A stretch of DNA of 64,000 nucleotides from an uncultured Bordetella sp. (GTDB taxonomy: Bacteria > Pseudomonadota > Gammaproteobacteria > Burkholderiales > SG8-41): assembly GCA_964531455.1 (NCBI GenBank), contig CAZHFZ010000003.1, forward strand, positions 26,372 to 90,371, read 5' to 3'. The position numbers and the translations under genes were made by a program. The notes beneath the pieces were generated by a model. It ran no database searches and was not told where the DNA came from. It saw only the letters and a program-made list of their open reading frames with translations. Shown one piece after another: positions 36,325 to 47,359 of the stretch. Position 1 is the first letter of the stretch; every line of letters begins with the position of its first letter.

Positions 36325-37749
36325 TTACAGGTTCAGCGTCCTGTTGTCGACAGCCAGCGCGGCTTCCTTCATCGCTTCGGACAGCGAAGGATGGGCATGG
36401 CAGATCATCGCAATGTCTTCAGACGCCGCACCGAATTCCATCGCCACCACAGCCTCGGCGATCAGCTCGGAAGCCATCGGTCCGATGATGTGCACGCCGA
36501 GGATGCGGTCAGTGCGCTCATCCGCCAGGAATTTGACGAAACCGGTGGTATCCCCCAGCGCGCGCGCACGGCCATTGGCCATGAACGGGAAGGAACCGGA
36601 GCGGTATTTCACGCCTTCCTGTTTCAGTTGCTGTTCGGTTTTGCCGACCCAGGCGATTTCCGGCGAGGTATAAATGACCCAGGGCACGGTATTGAAATCG
36701 ACATGGCCGTGTTTGCCGGCAATGCGCTCGGCCACGGCAACACCCTCTTCCTCCGCCTTGTGCGCGAGCATCGGACCGCGCACCACGTCGCCGACAGCCC
36801 AGACATTGCCCAGATTGGTTTTGCAGTCGCCGTCGACAGCAATAAAGCCGCGTTCATCAAGCTTCAGGCCGACGGCATTGCCGTTGAGGCCCTGTGTGTT
36901 GGGCACGCGGCCGATCGACACAATCAGCTTGTCTACCACCAGCGTCTGGACTGCGCCCGCGTTGTCGGTGTATTCCACAGTAACGTTTTTCTTCGCGCTG
37001 ATTTTTCCGACCTTGACGCCGGTGTGAATGGCCAGCCCCTGTTTGGTGAAGACCTTCTGTGCTTCCTTGGCAACCTGCTCATCGACCGCGCCAAGGAAAG
37101 CCGGCAGAGCTTCGAGCACCGTGACTTCAGCACCGAGGCGGCGCCACACGCTGCCCATTTCCAGACCGATCACGCCGGCGCCGATCACGCCCAGCTTTTT
37201 CGGGGTTTCCGCAATCGCCAGTGCGCCGGCGTTATCGAGAATCAGCTTGTTGTCGAAAGGCACATCGGGCAGCGCACGCGGGTTGGAACCCGTCGCGATG
37301 ATCACGTGTTTTGCAGTCAGCACGTCGGCGGTTTTTCCCGACACCTGGATCTGCCAGGCGCCGGCAGCACCGCCGGCAAAAGCACCCTTGCCATGGAAAA
37401 ACGTGACCTTGTTTTTCTTGAACAGGTAGAGGATGCCTTCGTTATTCTGTTTGACGACCTTGTCCTTGCGCTTGAGCATCTGGCCGACGTCCATGGACAG
37501 TCCTTTGACCTGAATGCCGTGGTCGGCAAACGTATGGCTGGCGTGATCAAAGTTTTCGGAGGACTGCAGCAGCGCCTTCGACGGAATGCAGCCGACATTG
37601 GTGCAGGTGCCGCCCGGTGCCGGCTTTCCGTCCGGGGTGCTCCACTCGTCGATGCAGGCCACCTGCATGCCGAGCTGCGCAGCACGGATCGCTGCAATGT
37701 ATCCGCCGGGACCGGCACCGATGACTACGACGTCAAAATTTTTTGCCAT
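36325..37749 (-). CDS. lpdA: Dihydrolipoyl dehydrogenase (E3)
   Basis: [24 protein letters not shown] redox disulfide, HAHPSLSE C-terminal motif. 474 aa. Confidence 0.95.
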   Translation of the reverse strand: MAKNFDVVVIGAGPGGYIAAIRAAQLGMQVACIDEWSTPDGKPAPGGTCTNVGCIPSKALLQSSENFDHASHTFADHGIQVKGLSMDVGQMLKRKDKVVKQNNEGILYLFKKNKVTFFHGKGAFAGGAAGAWQIQVSGKTADVLTAKHVIIATGSNPRALPDVPFDNKLILDNAGALAIAETPKKLGVIGAGVIGLEMGSVWRRLGAEVTVLEALPAFLGAVDEQVAKEAQKVFTKQGLAIHTGVKVGKISAKKNVTVEYTDNAGAVQTLVVDKLIVSIGRVPNTQGLNGNAVGLKLDERGFIAVDGDCKTNLGNVWAVGDVVRGPMLAHKAEEEGVAVAERIAGKHGHVDFNTVPWVIYTSPEIAWVGKTEQQLKQEGVKYRSGSFPFMANGRARALGDTTGFVKFLADERTDRILGVHIIGPMASELIAEAVVAMEFGAASEDIAMICHAHPSLSEAMKEAALAVDNRTLNL

Positions 37750-37774
37750 TTAATACCTCAAAAACAGATTTTTT

Positions 37775-37899
37775 ACCGCCAAGGCGCCAAGAGCGCCAAG
37801 AGAGTCAAAGCCTAATTTCTGTCGTTCAGCTTGGGTTTTCTTGGCGCTCTTGGCGTCTTGGCGGTGAGAAGCTTTTCGCCCTAGCGTCTTGGCGGTGAA
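37775..37899. repeat. REP-like extragenic palindromic element built from CGCCAAG/CTTGGCG heptamers
   Basis: Left arm ACCGCCAAGGCGCCAAGAGCGCCAAGAGA (37775-37803). Near-perfect inverted right arm TCTTGGCGCTCTTGGCGTCTTGGCGGT (37839-37865). Third partial copy GCGTCTTGGCGGTGA (37885-37899). Confidence 0.85.
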
Positions 37900-37904
37900 A
37901 GGGG

Positions 37905-39131
37905 TTAGATATCCAGCAGCAGCCGCGCCGGATCTTCCAGCGCATCCTTCATCGCCACCAGCGCCAGCACTGCTTCGCGGCCGTCAATGATGCGGTGGTC
38001 ATAGGACAGCGCAAGGTAATTCATCGGCCGGATCACGACCTGGCCGTTTTCCGCCACTGGACGATCCTTGGTGGCGTGCACGCCGAGGATCGCGCTCTGC
38101 GGCGGATTGATGATCGGCGTTGACAGCATCGAACCGAAGGTGCCGCCATTGGAAATCGAGAACGTGCCTCCGGTGAGTTCTTCAATGGTCAGCTTGCCGT
38201 CCTGGGCACGCTTTCCGAATTCGGCGATCTGCTTTTCGATGTCGGCGAGACTCATCTGATCGCAATTGCGCAGGATCGGCACCACCAGACCGCGCGGGCT
38301 GCCCACGGCGATACCGATGTCGAAATAACCGTGATAGACGATATCGTTACCGTCGATCGAGGCGTTCACTACCGGATATTTCTTCAGCGCATGCACTGCA
38401 GCTTTGACGAAGAACGACATGAAGCCCAGCTTGACGCCGTGCTCCTTCTCGAACTTGTCCTTGTACTTGGCGCGCATGTCCATCACCGGCTGCATGTTGA
38501 CCTCGTTGAACGTGGTCAGAATGGCTGCGGTGGATTGCGACTGCACCAGGCGCTCTGCAATACGGGCGCGCAAGCGAGACATCGGTACGCGCTGCTCGGG
38601 ACGTTCACCAAGGTCACCCATATCAACTGCAGGAATTGCCCTTGCCTGAGCCGGTGCGGGTGTTGCTGCCGGAGCTTTGCTGCCGCCCTGAACCGCCTGG
38701 ATGACGTCACCCTTGGTGACGCGACCGCCGCGCCCGGTGCCGCTGAGGGCGCCGGTATCAATATTCTTTTCGGCGGCCATTTTTTGTGCGGAAGGCATCG
38801 CCGGCGAGCCCGCAGCCACTTTCGCCGGCGCAGCAGCCGGAGCAGCTGTTGCAGCAACTGGCGCTGCCTCGCCCTTGCCGCCATCCGGTTGCGCATCGGT
38901 ATCGATGGTGGCAATGATTTCATTGCTGGTCACCGTGCCGCCGTCGGCCTTGACGATCTTCACCAGCACGCCGGCCTGTGGCGCCGGTGTTTCGAGAACG
39001 ACCTTGTCAGTCTCGATATCCACCAGGTTTTCGTCGCGTTTGACGTATTCACCGGTCTTCTTGTGCCACGACACAAGGGTCGCCTCTGCGACGGACTCCG
39101 AGAGCTGGGGCACTTTCACATCAACGAGCAT
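37905..39131 (-). CDS. sucB: Dihydrolipoyllysine-residue succinyltransferase (E2 of 2-oxoglutarate dehydrogenase)
   Basis: Lipoyl domain (IETDKVVLE), Ala/Pro linker, catalytic [14 protein letters not shown]. 408 aa. Confidence 0.95.
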   Translation of the reverse strand: MLVDVKVPQLSESVAEATLVSWHKKTGEYVKRDENLVDIETDKVVLETPAPQAGVLVKIVKADGGTVTSNEIIATIDTDAQPDGGKGEAAPVAATAAPAAAPAKVAAGSPAMPSAQKMAAEKNIDTGALSGTGRGGRVTKGDVIQAVQGGSKAPAATPAPAQARAIPAVDMGDLGERPEQRVPMSRLRARIAERLVQSQSTAAILTTFNEVNMQPVMDMRAKYKDKFEKEHGVKLGFMSFFVKAAVHALKKYPVVNASIDGNDIVYHGYFDIGIAVGSPRGLVVPILRNCDQMSLADIEKQIAEFGKRAQDGKLTIEELTGGTFSISNGGTFGSMLSTPIINPPQSAILGVHATKDRPVAENGQVVIRPMNYLALSYDHRIIDGREAVLALVAMKDALEDPARLLLDI

Positions 39132-39165
39132 TATTACTCCATAAACCTATGATTTAATTGATTAA

Positions 39166-42045
39166 TTAGTGCTCTTCGCCTTCGGCCAGCGGGCGCGGTG
39201 CCACGCCCTGCCGTTCACGACCGCCGTGCATGGTCAACGCCTGGTCGACCAGTTCTTTCTGTTGTTTTTCATGCAGAGACTTGTAACCTGCCGCGGGAGA
39301 TGCCGAAGAGTCGCGACCCGCGTAATACAACTTCTGATGCGGTAACAAGTGACGCATCAGGTAATGCTGGATGTGCCGCCATGAACCCTGATTGCGCGGT
39401 TCTTCCTGGCACCAGACAATTTCCTTGGCGTTTTTGTAGCGCACGATCTGCGCACGGAATTCTTCGTGTGCAAACGGATAGATCTGTGCGATCCGCACCA
39501 GCGGCAGGTTGGGAATGGCACGCGTGCGGCGTTCATTGCGCAGGTCGTAATAAACCTTGCCGCTGCAGAAAATCACCCGCTCTACCTTGTCAGGGTCGAT
39601 TTCGCGCGAATCCCAGTCCTCGTTGACGGGATTGAATTTGTCGTTGGCGAACTCTTCCAGCGGCGATACCGACTCCTTGTGACGCAACAGGCTTTTCGGC
39701 GAGAAGATGATCAGCGGCTTGCGATGCGGCCGCACCATCTGCCGGCGCAGCAGGTAATACATCTGCACCGGCGTAGCCGGCACACACACCTGCATGTTGT
39801 AGTCCGCGCACAGTTGCAGGAAACGCTCGATCCGGCCTGATGAATGCTCGGGACCAGCGCCTTCGTATCCGTGCGGCAGCATCATCGTCAGACCGCACAT
39901 GCGGCCCCACTTCACTTCGCCGGAAGCGATGAACTGGTCGATAACCACTTGGGCGCCGTTGACGAAGTCGCCATACTGCGCCTCCCAGATCACCAGTTCT
40001 TTCGGACCGGAGGTCGAATAACCGTATTCAAAACCGAGAACAGCTTCTTCAGACAACACCGAATCGATGACCACAAAGTCACCCTGATTCGGCGAGAGAT
40101 GCTGCAGTGGCAGGTGGGTGCCCTGATCACCGCGTTCGCGGTTCTGATCGTGGAGTACGGCATGGCGATGGAAAAACGTGCCGCGACCCGAGTCTTGTCC
40201 CGAAAGGCGTATCGAATAACCCTCGGTTAACAGCGAGGCGTAAGCCAGCGTCTCCGCCATGCCCCAGTCCAGCGGCAACTTGCCGTCAGCCATCAGCCGG
40301 CGATCCTGCATGATTTTCTCAACGCGCGGATGCAGCTTGAAATTGGCCGGCACCTCACACACTTTGCGCGCAAGTTCCTGCAGCCGGTCCAGCGGCATGC
40401 GGGTGTCGTCGTTCTGATTCCACTTGGTGCCTTTATACAGACTCCAATCGGTTTCAAACGGCGGCTTGTAGTTCGAGAGAATGGTTTTGTTGGTGTGATA
40501 ACCGTGATCCAGTGCATCGCGGAATTCAGCCACCATCTTGTCGGCATCAGCCTCGGCAATCACGCCTTCCTTCATCAGGCGATCGGCGTAAACCTTGCGC
40601 GGCGTCGGATGCGAATGGATACGGCGGTACATCAACGGCTGCGTAACCATCGGCTCGTCCTGCTCGTTATGGCCAAGACGGCGATAACAGATCAGGTCCA
40701 GCACCACATCCTTGCGGAACTTCTTGCGATATTCGAGTGCGATATCAGTGGCGAAACACACAGCCTCCGGATCATCGCCATTGACGTGGAATATCGGCAC
40801 TTCAAGCATCTTGGCCACGTCCGAGCAATACAGTGTCGAACGCGAATCACGCGGATCAGACGTGGTAAACCCGATCTGGTTGTTGATGATGATATGCACG
40901 GTGCCGCCGGTGCCGTAACCGCGAGTTTCGGCAAGGTTGAGCACTTCCTGGATCACACCCTGCCCTGCAAACGCGGCGTCGCCGTGGATCAGCACTGGCA
41001 GCACCTGTTCGCCGGTATGGTCTTTACGGCGATGCTGACGCGCACGCACCGATCCTTCAACCACCGGATTAACGATTTCCAGATGCGAGGGATTAAAGGC
41101 GACCGTGACGTGCATCGGACCGCCAGGCGTCATCACATTCGATGAAAATCCGTCGTGATATTTGACGTCGCCCGCAAGCACATCCGCCTGCTGCTTGCCT
41201 TCGAATGACGAGAACAGATCCTTGGGCATCTTGCCCAGGGTATTGACCAGCACATTCAGGCGGCCACGATGGGCCATGCCGATCACCAGTTCTTGCACCC
41301 CGACACTTCCGGCTTTCTGCAACAGATGGTCAAGCATCGGGATCAGTCCGTCGCCGCCTTCCAGGGAAAAACGGGTCTGCCCGACATATTTGGCATTAAG
41401 GTATTTTTCCAGCGTCTCAGCTGCGGTCAGCCGGTCAAGCAGATGCCGCTTGAATGCAGCGTCGTAGGTCGGACGACCACGAGTCGGCTCCAGCTTCTCC
41501 GACATCCAGCGTTTCTGCGGGATGTCCGAGATATACATGTATTCGACACCGATGGTGCCGCAATAGGTTTCACGCAGCGCCTGAAGGATCTCGCGCAACG
41601 TTGCCTTGGCCGGCCCGTGAAGTGTACCGGTGTCGAACACCGTATCCATGTCCTGGTCGGTCAGGCCGTAAAACGACGGATCCAGTTCGGCGATTGCCGG
41701 CTGCTCCATACGTTTCAGCGGATCAACGTTGGCAATGCGGTTACCCTGGAAACGATAGGCCGAGATCAGCTGCATCACCGAGAACTGCTTCTGCAGATTG
41801 CGCTGGGTCGCCTCGGTGCTGCCACCGCCGGAGCGCCGGCTGCGTGACATTTCAACGAAACGCTGCTGGATCTCGGAGTGATCAACATCGGCCGGACCGT
41901 CATCGAGCTTCTGCAGCTCGTCGAAATAGCCGCGCCAGCGCGGCTCTACCGACTGCGGATCCTTCAGATATTGCTCGTAGAGTCCTTCGACAAACGGCGC
42001 ATTGGCACCAAACAGCAGCGAGCTTGCTCGCGATTCTTTGATCAT
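39166..42045 (-). CDS. sucA: 2-oxoglutarate dehydrogenase E1 component
   Basis: 959 aa. N-terminal ANAPFVEGLYEQYL, GMAHRGRLNVL, HGDAAFAGQGV, LPHGYEGAGPEHSS. Confidence 0.95.
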   Translation of the reverse strand: MIKESRASSLLFGANAPFVEGLYEQYLKDPQSVEPRWRGYFDELQKLDDGPADVDHSEIQQRFVEMSRSRRSGGGSTEATQRNLQKQFSVMQLISAYRFQGNRIANVDPLKRMEQPAIAELDPSFYGLTDQDMDTVFDTGTLHGPAKATLREILQALRETYCGTIGVEYMYISDIPQKRWMSEKLEPTRGRPTYDAAFKRHLLDRLTAAETLEKYLNAKYVGQTRFSLEGGDGLIPMLDHLLQKAGSVGVQELVIGMAHRGRLNVLVNTLGKMPKDLFSSFEGKQQADVLAGDVKYHDGFSSNVMTPGGPMHVTVAFNPSHLEIVNPVVEGSVRARQHRRKDHTGEQVLPVLIHGDAAFAGQGVIQEVLNLAETRGYGTGGTVHIIINNQIGFTTSDPRDSRSTLYCSDVAKMLEVPIFHVNGDDPEAVCFATDIALEYRKKFRKDVVLDLICYRRLGHNEQDEPMVTQPLMYRRIHSHPTPRKVYADRLMKEGVIAEADADKMVAEFRDALDHGYHTNKTILSNYKPPFETDWSLYKGTKWNQNDDTRMPLDRLQELARKVCEVPANFKLHPRVEKIMQDRRLMADGKLPLDWGMAETLAYASLLTEGYSIRLSGQDSGRGTFFHRHAVLHDQNRERGDQGTHLPLQHLSPNQGDFVVIDSVLSEEAVLGFEYGYSTSGPKELVIWEAQYGDFVNGAQVVIDQFIASGEVKWGRMCGLTMMLPHGYEGAGPEHSSGRIERFLQLCADYNMQVCVPATPVQMYYLLRRQMVRPHRKPLIIFSPKSLLRHKESVSPLEEFANDKFNPVNEDWDSREIDPDKVERVIFCSGKVYYDLRNERRTRAIPNLPLVRIAQIYPFAHEEFRAQIVRYKNAKEIVWCQEEPRNQGSWRHIQHYLMRHLLPHQKLYYAGRDSSASPAAGYKSLHEKQQKELVDQALTMHGGRERQGVAPRPLAEGEEH

Positions 42046-42099
42046 CTCTTTACCTGATCGTTGTCCAGCCTGTGCCCCGCACGAAGCGGGGCGTCAGGC

Positions 42100-43398
42100 T
42101 TATTTGCGTTTGCCCATCGGCACAAAATCGCGGGTCGTGGCACCCGTGAACAACTGACGCGGCCGGCTGAGTTTCTGTTCAGGGTCAGAAATAAGTTCTT
42201 TCCACTGCGCAATCCAGCCCACGGTGCGCGCCAACGCAAAGATCGCGGTGTACATGCTGACCGGAATGCCCAGCGCCTTGTAGACGATGCCCGAATAGAA
42301 GTCGACGTTCGGATACAGCTTGCGCTTGATGAAGTAGTCGTCGCTCAGCGCAATCCGCTCCAGTTCCATCGCCAGCTTGATCAGCTTGTTGTCCTTCATG
42401 TCGAGTTCTTCCAGAACTTCATGACAGGTTTTCTGGATCAGCTTGGCGCGCGGGTCGTAGTTCTTGTAAACGCGGTGACCGAAGCCCATCAACATGGCCT
42501 GGCCGTCTTTTTCCTTCACGCGCTTGATAAAGGCCGGGATGTTCTTGATATCGCCGATTTCGTCGAGCATCTTCAGCACGGCCTCGTTGGCGCCACCATG
42601 CGCGGGCCCCCACAGGCTGGCAATACCGGCCGAAATACAGGCAAACGGATTGGCACCGGTGGAGCCGGCCAGACGAACCGTCGAAGTCGAAGCATTCTGC
42701 TCATGGTCAGCGTGCAGGATCAGGATGCGGTCAATCGCGCGGGAAATCACCGGGTTCGGCACGTATTCCTCGCAGGGGGTGCCGAACATCATGTGCAGGA
42801 AATTGTCGGTATAGCTCAGCTTGTTTTTCGGATACATGAACGGCTGACCCATGTTGTACTTGTAGGTCATCGCCGTAATCGTCGGCAATTTGGCGATCAG
42901 GCGGAAAGCCGAAATGTCACGGCTGCGCTGGTCGTAAATGTTGATGGAGTCGTGGTAGAACGCCGACAACGCGCCGACCACACCGCACATCACCGCCATC
43001 GGGTGAGCATCGCGGCGGAAACCGCTGTAAAAACGTGACAGCTGTTCGTGCACCATCGAGTGATGGGTGACGATGTCGTCAAATTCCAGCTTCTGTTCTT
43101 TGTTCGGCAGTTCGCCATTGAGGATCAGGTAAGCAACTTCAAGGAAGTCACATTTTTCGGCGAGTTGCTCAATCGGGTAACCGCGATACAGCAGGATCCC
43201 CTCGTCGCCGTCGATATACGTGATATTGGAACGACAGCTCGCCGTCGACATGAAACCGGGGTCATAGGTGAACTTGCCGGTTTTGCCGTACAGGCTGCGA
43301 ACGTCGATGACCTCAGGCCCGACGGTACCGCCCAGAATCGGGAAATCAATCGACGGGCTGCCATCGCTGAAAGAGAGGGTCGCGAGCTTTTCTTTCAT
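42100..43398 (-). CDS. gltA: Citrate synthase (type II, hexameric-type)
   Basis: 432 aa. [28 protein letters not shown]. Confidence 0.95.
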   Translation of the reverse strand: MKEKLATLSFSDGSPSIDFPILGGTVGPEVIDVRSLYGKTGKFTYDPGFMSTASCRSNITYIDGDEGILLYRGYPIEQLAEKCDFLEVAYLILNGELPNKEQKLEFDDIVTHHSMVHEQLSRFYSGFRRDAHPMAVMCGVVGALSAFYHDSINIYDQRSRDISAFRLIAKLPTITAMTYKYNMGQPFMYPKNKLSYTDNFLHMMFGTPCEEYVPNPVISRAIDRILILHADHEQNASTSTVRLAGSTGANPFACISAGIASLWGPAHGGANEAVLKMLDEIGDIKNIPAFIKRVKEKDGQAMLMGFGHRVYKNYDPRAKLIQKTCHEVLEELDMKDNKLIKLAMELERIALSDDYFIKRKLYPNVDFYSGIVYKALGIPVSMYTAIFALARTVGWIAQWKELISDPEQKLSRPRQLFTGATTRDFVPMGKRK

Positions 43399-43468
43399 AA
43401 ATATCTCCGTATTATCAGTTACTTAAGTTATAAATCTTATGTAGTGCATCAACTTGCAAGTCACGCCG

Positions 43469-43699
43469 TCACTTTCGTTGCAGACGTCGGATCAGGGCAT
43501 CGTAGCGCTTTGGCGCCTCCTCCTGCCCCATCACCCACGCCAGCAAGACAGTATCGACTTCTCCCAGCAATTCCTTAAACAAATTGAGCTCTTCCGGATT
43601 CAGACTTTCGAAGTCCTCAGCCAAAAAGCGCTGCAAGATGAGGTCCATCTCCAGCAATCCGCGGCGGCATTGCCAGCGGATACGGTCCATGTCCCCCAT
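43469..43699 (-). CDS. sdhE: FAD assembly factor SdhE (DUF339/YgfY)
   Basis: RIRWQCRRGLLEMDL motif (RGxxE). ATG 43699 preceded by GAGGAA. Positioned between sdhB and gltA. Confidence 0.8.
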   Translation of the reverse strand: MGDMDRIRWQCRRGLLEMDLILQRFLAEDFESLNPEELNLFKELLGEVDTVLLAWVMGQEEAPKRYDALIRRLQRK

Positions 43700-43822
43700 A
43701 TCCGCTAATTCCTCAGACCGTCGCCTCCGACCGCTCAAGCATGACATTCATGCCGGGGCGTCGGCGACCGACGGTATTCGCCTGACTGTCGATCCCCCTG
43801 CGGGGGCCCCTCGCCAGGTGGC

Positions 43823-44518
43823 TCATACCGTACGCTTGACCAGCAGATCCTTGATCTTGCCGATGGCCTTGGTCGGGTTCAAACCTTTCGGGCACACATC
43901 AACGCAGTTCATGATCGAATGGCAGCGGAACAGCCGGTACGGGTCTTCCAGATTATCCAGGCGCTCGTTGGTCGCCTGATCCCGGGTGTCAGCAATAAAG
44001 CGGTAAGCCTGCAGCAGGCCGGCAGGTCCGACGAATTTGTCCGGGTTCCACCAGAACGACGGGCATGAAGTCGAGCAGCAGGCGCACAGGATGCACTCAT
44101 ACAGGCCGTTGAGTTCCTCGCGGTCTTCAGGCGACTGCAAACGCTCTGTTTCAGGACGCGGCGTTTCGTTGACGACATAAGGCGTCACCGAGTGGTACTG
44201 CTTGAAGAACTGAGACATATCGACGATCAGATCGCGAATCACCGGCAGACCGGGCAACGGGCGGATCACCACCGGTTCCTTCAGGTCAGCGATCTTGGTG
44301 ATGCAAGCCAGACCATTCTTGCCGTTGATGTTCATCGCATCCGAACCGCAGACGCCCTCGCGGCAGGAGCGCCGAAACGAAAACGTGTCGTCGGTCGATT
44401 TAAGGCGCATCAGCGCGTCCAGCAGCATGCGATCAGTCGGTTCCAGCTGGATGTCATAGTCCTTCATGTACGGCTTTTCATCGACATCCGGGTTGTAGCG
44501 GTAGATAGAGAGGCGCAT
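43823..44518 (-). CDS. sdhB: Succinate dehydrogenase iron-sulfur subunit
   Basis: CREGVCGSDAMNINGKNGLAC, CILCACCSTSCP, CHSIMNCVDVCPKGL clusters. Confidence 0.95.
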   Translation of the reverse strand: MRLSIYRYNPDVDEKPYMKDYDIQLEPTDRMLLDALMRLKSTDDTFSFRRSCREGVCGSDAMNINGKNGLACITKIADLKEPVVIRPLPGLPVIRDLIVDMSQFFKQYHSVTPYVVNETPRPETERLQSPEDREELNGLYECILCACCSTSCPSFWWNPDKFVGPAGLLQAYRFIADTRDQATNERLDNLEDPYRLFRCHSIMNCVDVCPKGLNPTKAIGKIKDLLVKRTV

Positions 44519-44534
44519 CTGTCTTCCTTGATTC

Positions 44535-46295
44535 TTAATAAACCCGAGCCTTGGGCTCGAACGATTCCACGGTCAGCGGCTTGAGGTTGACCGGACGGTA
44601 CTCAAGACGGTTGTTTTCCTTGTACCAAAAGGTGTGTTTCATCCACTTGGCATCATCACGATCCGGAAAATCGCTGCGGTCATGAGCGCCGCGTGACTCC
44701 TGGCGGGCATGTGCGGAAACCATCGTCGACATCGCAACTTCCACCAGATTCTCCAGCTCCAGCGCTTCGACACGTGCAGTGTTGAAAACCTTGCTCTTGT
44801 CCTTGACATACAGGCTCTCGGCGCGTTTCCCGACCTCTTGCATTTTGCGCACACCTTCAGCCAGGCTGTCGGGGAAGCGGAACACGCCGCAGTGCAGTTG
44901 CATGGTGCGGCGCATTTCCGCCCCCACCTCAGCAACGTCCTCACCGGACTTGGCCGAATCCAGCCGCGCCAGTCTTGCGAGTGAACGGTCAGCCGCGTCT
45001 TTCGGCAGGTCCTGGTGGACCAGCGCATCACTCGCCAGATCCTTGACCACCTGCTCGCCCGAAGCCTTGCCGAACACCAGCAGATCCAGCAACGAGTTGG
45101 TGCCGAGACGGTTGGCGCCATGCACCGACACGCAGGCACATTCGCCCGCAGCGTAAAGACCTTTGACGATGGCACCGCCATTGTGGCCGGCGAGCACCTG
45201 GCCATTCATGTTGGTCGGTATACCGCCCATCATGTAATGACAGGTCGGCACCACCGGAATCGGGTCTTTTGCCGGATCAACGTTGGCGAACTTGATCGCG
45301 ATTTCGCGAATACCGGGCAACCGCTTGTCGATCACGTCAGCGCCCAGATGGTCGAGTTTCAGCAGAATATGATCAGCATCCTTGCCGGCGCCACGGCCTT
45401 CCTTGATCTCGGTTGCCATCGCGCGAGACACCACGTCACGGCTGGCCAGATCCTTCACGGTCGGCGCATAGCGCTCCATGAAACGCTCACCATTTTTGTT
45501 CAGCAGAAAACCGCCCTCGCCGCGCACGCCTTCGGTAATCAGCACGCCGGCGCCGGCAACACCGGTCGGGTGGAACTGCCAGAACTCCATGTCTTCCAGC
45601 GAAATACCAGCGCGAGCCGCCATGCCAAGACCGTCACCGGTATTGATGAAGGCATTGGTGCTGGCAGCGTAAATCCGGCCGGCACCGCCTGTGGCGAGCA
45701 GCGTAGCCTTGGCGTGCAGAACGGAGATCTCACCGGTTTCCATTTCCATTGCCACCACGCCCAGCACATCGCCAGCCTGGTTGCGGATCAGGTCAAGTGC
45801 CATCCACTCAACAAAGAATTGGGTATTGGCGCGCACGTTGCGCTGATAAAGCGTATGCAGCATCGCGTGACCGGTGCGGTCCGCCGCGGCGCAGGCACGT
45901 TTCACCGCTCGCTCGCCATAGTTGCTGGTGTGTCCGCCGAACGGACGCTGATAGATTTTGCCGTTGTCGAGACGGTCGAACGGCATACCGTAGTGTTCCA
46001 GCTCGATCACCGCTTCATTGGCCTTGCGGCACATGAATTCAATCGCGTCCTGGTCGCCGAGATAGTCGGAGCCCTTGACGGTGTCATACATATGCCAGTG
46101 CCAATTGTCCGGCTCTTCGTTGCCCAGAGAAGCGGAAACGCCACCCTGCGCCGCCACCGTATGCGAACGCGTCGGAAATACTTTGGAAAGAACGGCGACC
46201 CGCAGATTGGCTTCTGACAACTGCAGGGCGGCGCGCAGGCCGGAACCGCCGGCACCGACGACAACCGCGTCAAACTGTCTTGTTGTAATGCCCAT
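44535..46295 (-). CDS. sdhA: Succinate dehydrogenase flavoprotein subunit
   Basis: VVVGAGGSGLRAAL, RSHTVAAQGG (FAD-His), HPTG, GANRLGTNSL. 586 aa. Confidence 0.95.
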   Translation of the reverse strand: MGITTRQFDAVVVGAGGSGLRAALQLSEANLRVAVLSKVFPTRSHTVAAQGGVSASLGNEEPDNWHWHMYDTVKGSDYLGDQDAIEFMCRKANEAVIELEHYGMPFDRLDNGKIYQRPFGGHTSNYGERAVKRACAAADRTGHAMLHTLYQRNVRANTQFFVEWMALDLIRNQAGDVLGVVAMEMETGEISVLHAKATLLATGGAGRIYAASTNAFINTGDGLGMAARAGISLEDMEFWQFHPTGVAGAGVLITEGVRGEGGFLLNKNGERFMERYAPTVKDLASRDVVSRAMATEIKEGRGAGKDADHILLKLDHLGADVIDKRLPGIREIAIKFANVDPAKDPIPVVPTCHYMMGGIPTNMNGQVLAGHNGGAIVKGLYAAGECACVSVHGANRLGTNSLLDLLVFGKASGEQVVKDLASDALVHQDLPKDAADRSLARLARLDSAKSGEDVAEVGAEMRRTMQLHCGVFRFPDSLAEGVRKMQEVGKRAESLYVKDKSKVFNTARVEALELENLVEVAMSTMVSAHARQESRGAHDRSDFPDRDDAKWMKHTFWYKENNRLEYRPVNLKPLTVESFEPKARVY

Positions 46296-46298
46296 TGC

Positions 46299-46646
46299 TT
46301 ATTTGCCCCACAGAATCTGCACTGTCCAAGCGCCGTAGGCGATCAGTGCCAAAATGACCACGACATACAGCGTCAGCCGCAAGCCGGTAGCCTTGATGTA
46401 ATCCATGAATATGTTCCGGACGCCAATCCATGCGTGATACAGCAGAGCGACCAGAAAAAGCAGCGCCGCATAACGCATCAACGACATATTCCACAACGCC
46501 TGCCAATGCCAGAAGTCGAATTTAGGCAGCGTAACCAGTGCCATCAGAAGTAAAAGGGTGAACACCAGCATGATTACCGCTGTAATGCGCTGAGCCAGCC
46601 AGTCGCGCAACCCGTAATGAGCGCCTACCACTTCGCGATTCACCAT
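46299..46646 (-). CDS. sdhD: Succinate dehydrogenase membrane anchor subunit
   Basis: 115 aa, 3 TM. 7-nt overlap with sdhC, 3 nt from sdhA. Confidence 0.88.
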   Translation of the reverse strand: MVNREVVGAHYGLRDWLAQRITAVIMLVFTLLLLMALVTLPKFDFWHWQALWNMSLMRYAALLFLVALLYHAWIGVRNIFMDYIKATGLRLTLYVVVILALIAYGAWTVQILWGK

Positions 46647-47026
46647 AGCCGTACCCCTACCGCCAAGGTCAAAACAATGGCACCGATCAGGACGACAATG
46701 CTGCTTGCACGTGCAGTTTCCAGTTCCGCACCAATGTGCAGGTCAAGAAACAAGTGCCGCACACCCGCCAGCAGGTGGTGAAGGTAGCCCCACAGCAGCG
46801 CCAGCAGGAAAAGCTTCATCAGCGGATTGGAAACCACTGAATGAAAAGCGGCGAAAGATTCCGGAGACTGAAGGCTGGACTGAAAAAGCCAGAGGAGCAG
46901 CGGCAACATCAGGAATAGCACCGCTCCGCTGACGCGATGCATGATGGATACGATACCCGGCACCGGCAACCTGATGGTAACCAGATTGAGATGCTTGGGC
47001 CTGGTTTTGGCCACTGTTGAAGACAC
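46640..47026 (-). CDS. sdhC: Succinate dehydrogenase cytochrome b556 subunit
   Basis: 128 aa, 3 TM. SIMHRVSG heme-ligand region. GTG start preceded by AAGGAGAG. Confidence 0.88.
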   Translation of the reverse strand: MSSTVAKTRPKHLNLVTIRLPVPGIVSIMHRVSGAVLFLMLPLLLWLFQSSLQSPESFAAFHSVVSNPLMKLFLLALLWGYLHHLLAGVRHLFLDLHIGAELETARASSIVVLIGAIVLTLAVGVRLW

Positions 47027-47337
47027 TCGCTACTCTCCTTGATTTACAAATTAGCGTTCAACGTAACGGAGTACCGGCGGTAGCCGACTACACTTTCCAT
47101 GGCACCGTTTGATGCTCACCGGAACAACCGCGATGCTGCAATGCAAGCAACAACATCAGTTGAGAGTTTTTGGCACAACCGAAATTGTGTCAGAACTGCG
47201 TTTAAGCGCATGAAATACTACCAGCTTTTCTCATGCGTAGAAACGCGGATATCGGTCTTCAACCGTAAAAACGGTTCATGTGACGTTCATTGGTTGACGT
47301 GCACGTAAAGCATACATCGACACCTTGCTGCACAGGT

Positions 47338-47359
47338 CATCATGCGCTGCCGCATGATG
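47338..47359. promoter_or_regulatory. 9-4-9 perfect inverted repeat CATCATGCG-CTGC-CGCATGATG in sdhC/mdh divergent control region
   Basis: Read directly. Flanked by a direct repeat ACGTAAAG (about 47303 and 47363) and a 10-bp palindrome ACGTGCACGT (47298-47307). Confidence 0.35.

Noticed and set aside
36391-37815. 474-aa ORF antisense to lpd, the same length as lpd. Similar shadow ORFs lie at 35292-36488 (opposite zapE), 45015-46217 (opposite sdhA), 40330-41145 and 41269-42041 (opposite sucA), and 42061-43038 (opposite gltA).
   Set aside because: The sense-strand genes are certain. The antisense products are low-complexity and lack start context. The equal length is a by-product of stop-codon-poor antisense frames.
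37775-37899. Possible CRISPR-like or tandem repeat array (repeated TTGGCG units).
   Set aside because: The units are 7-9 nt with no spacers of CRISPR size, and no cas genes are present. The geometry is an inverted-repeat hairpin, so it was classed as a REP-like element.
47039-47053. TTGAT-TTAC-AAATT near the sdhC RBS as an FNR or ArcA-type site.
   Set aside because: Only one half-site matches, and it overlaps the ribosome-binding region.
47171-47188. TGGCAC...TTGT resembling a sigma-54 -24/-12 promoter in the sdhC-mdh spacer.
   Set aside because: The GG-to-G(C/T) spacing is 3 nt too long and the -12 element lacks GC. No enhancer-binding protein gene is nearby.
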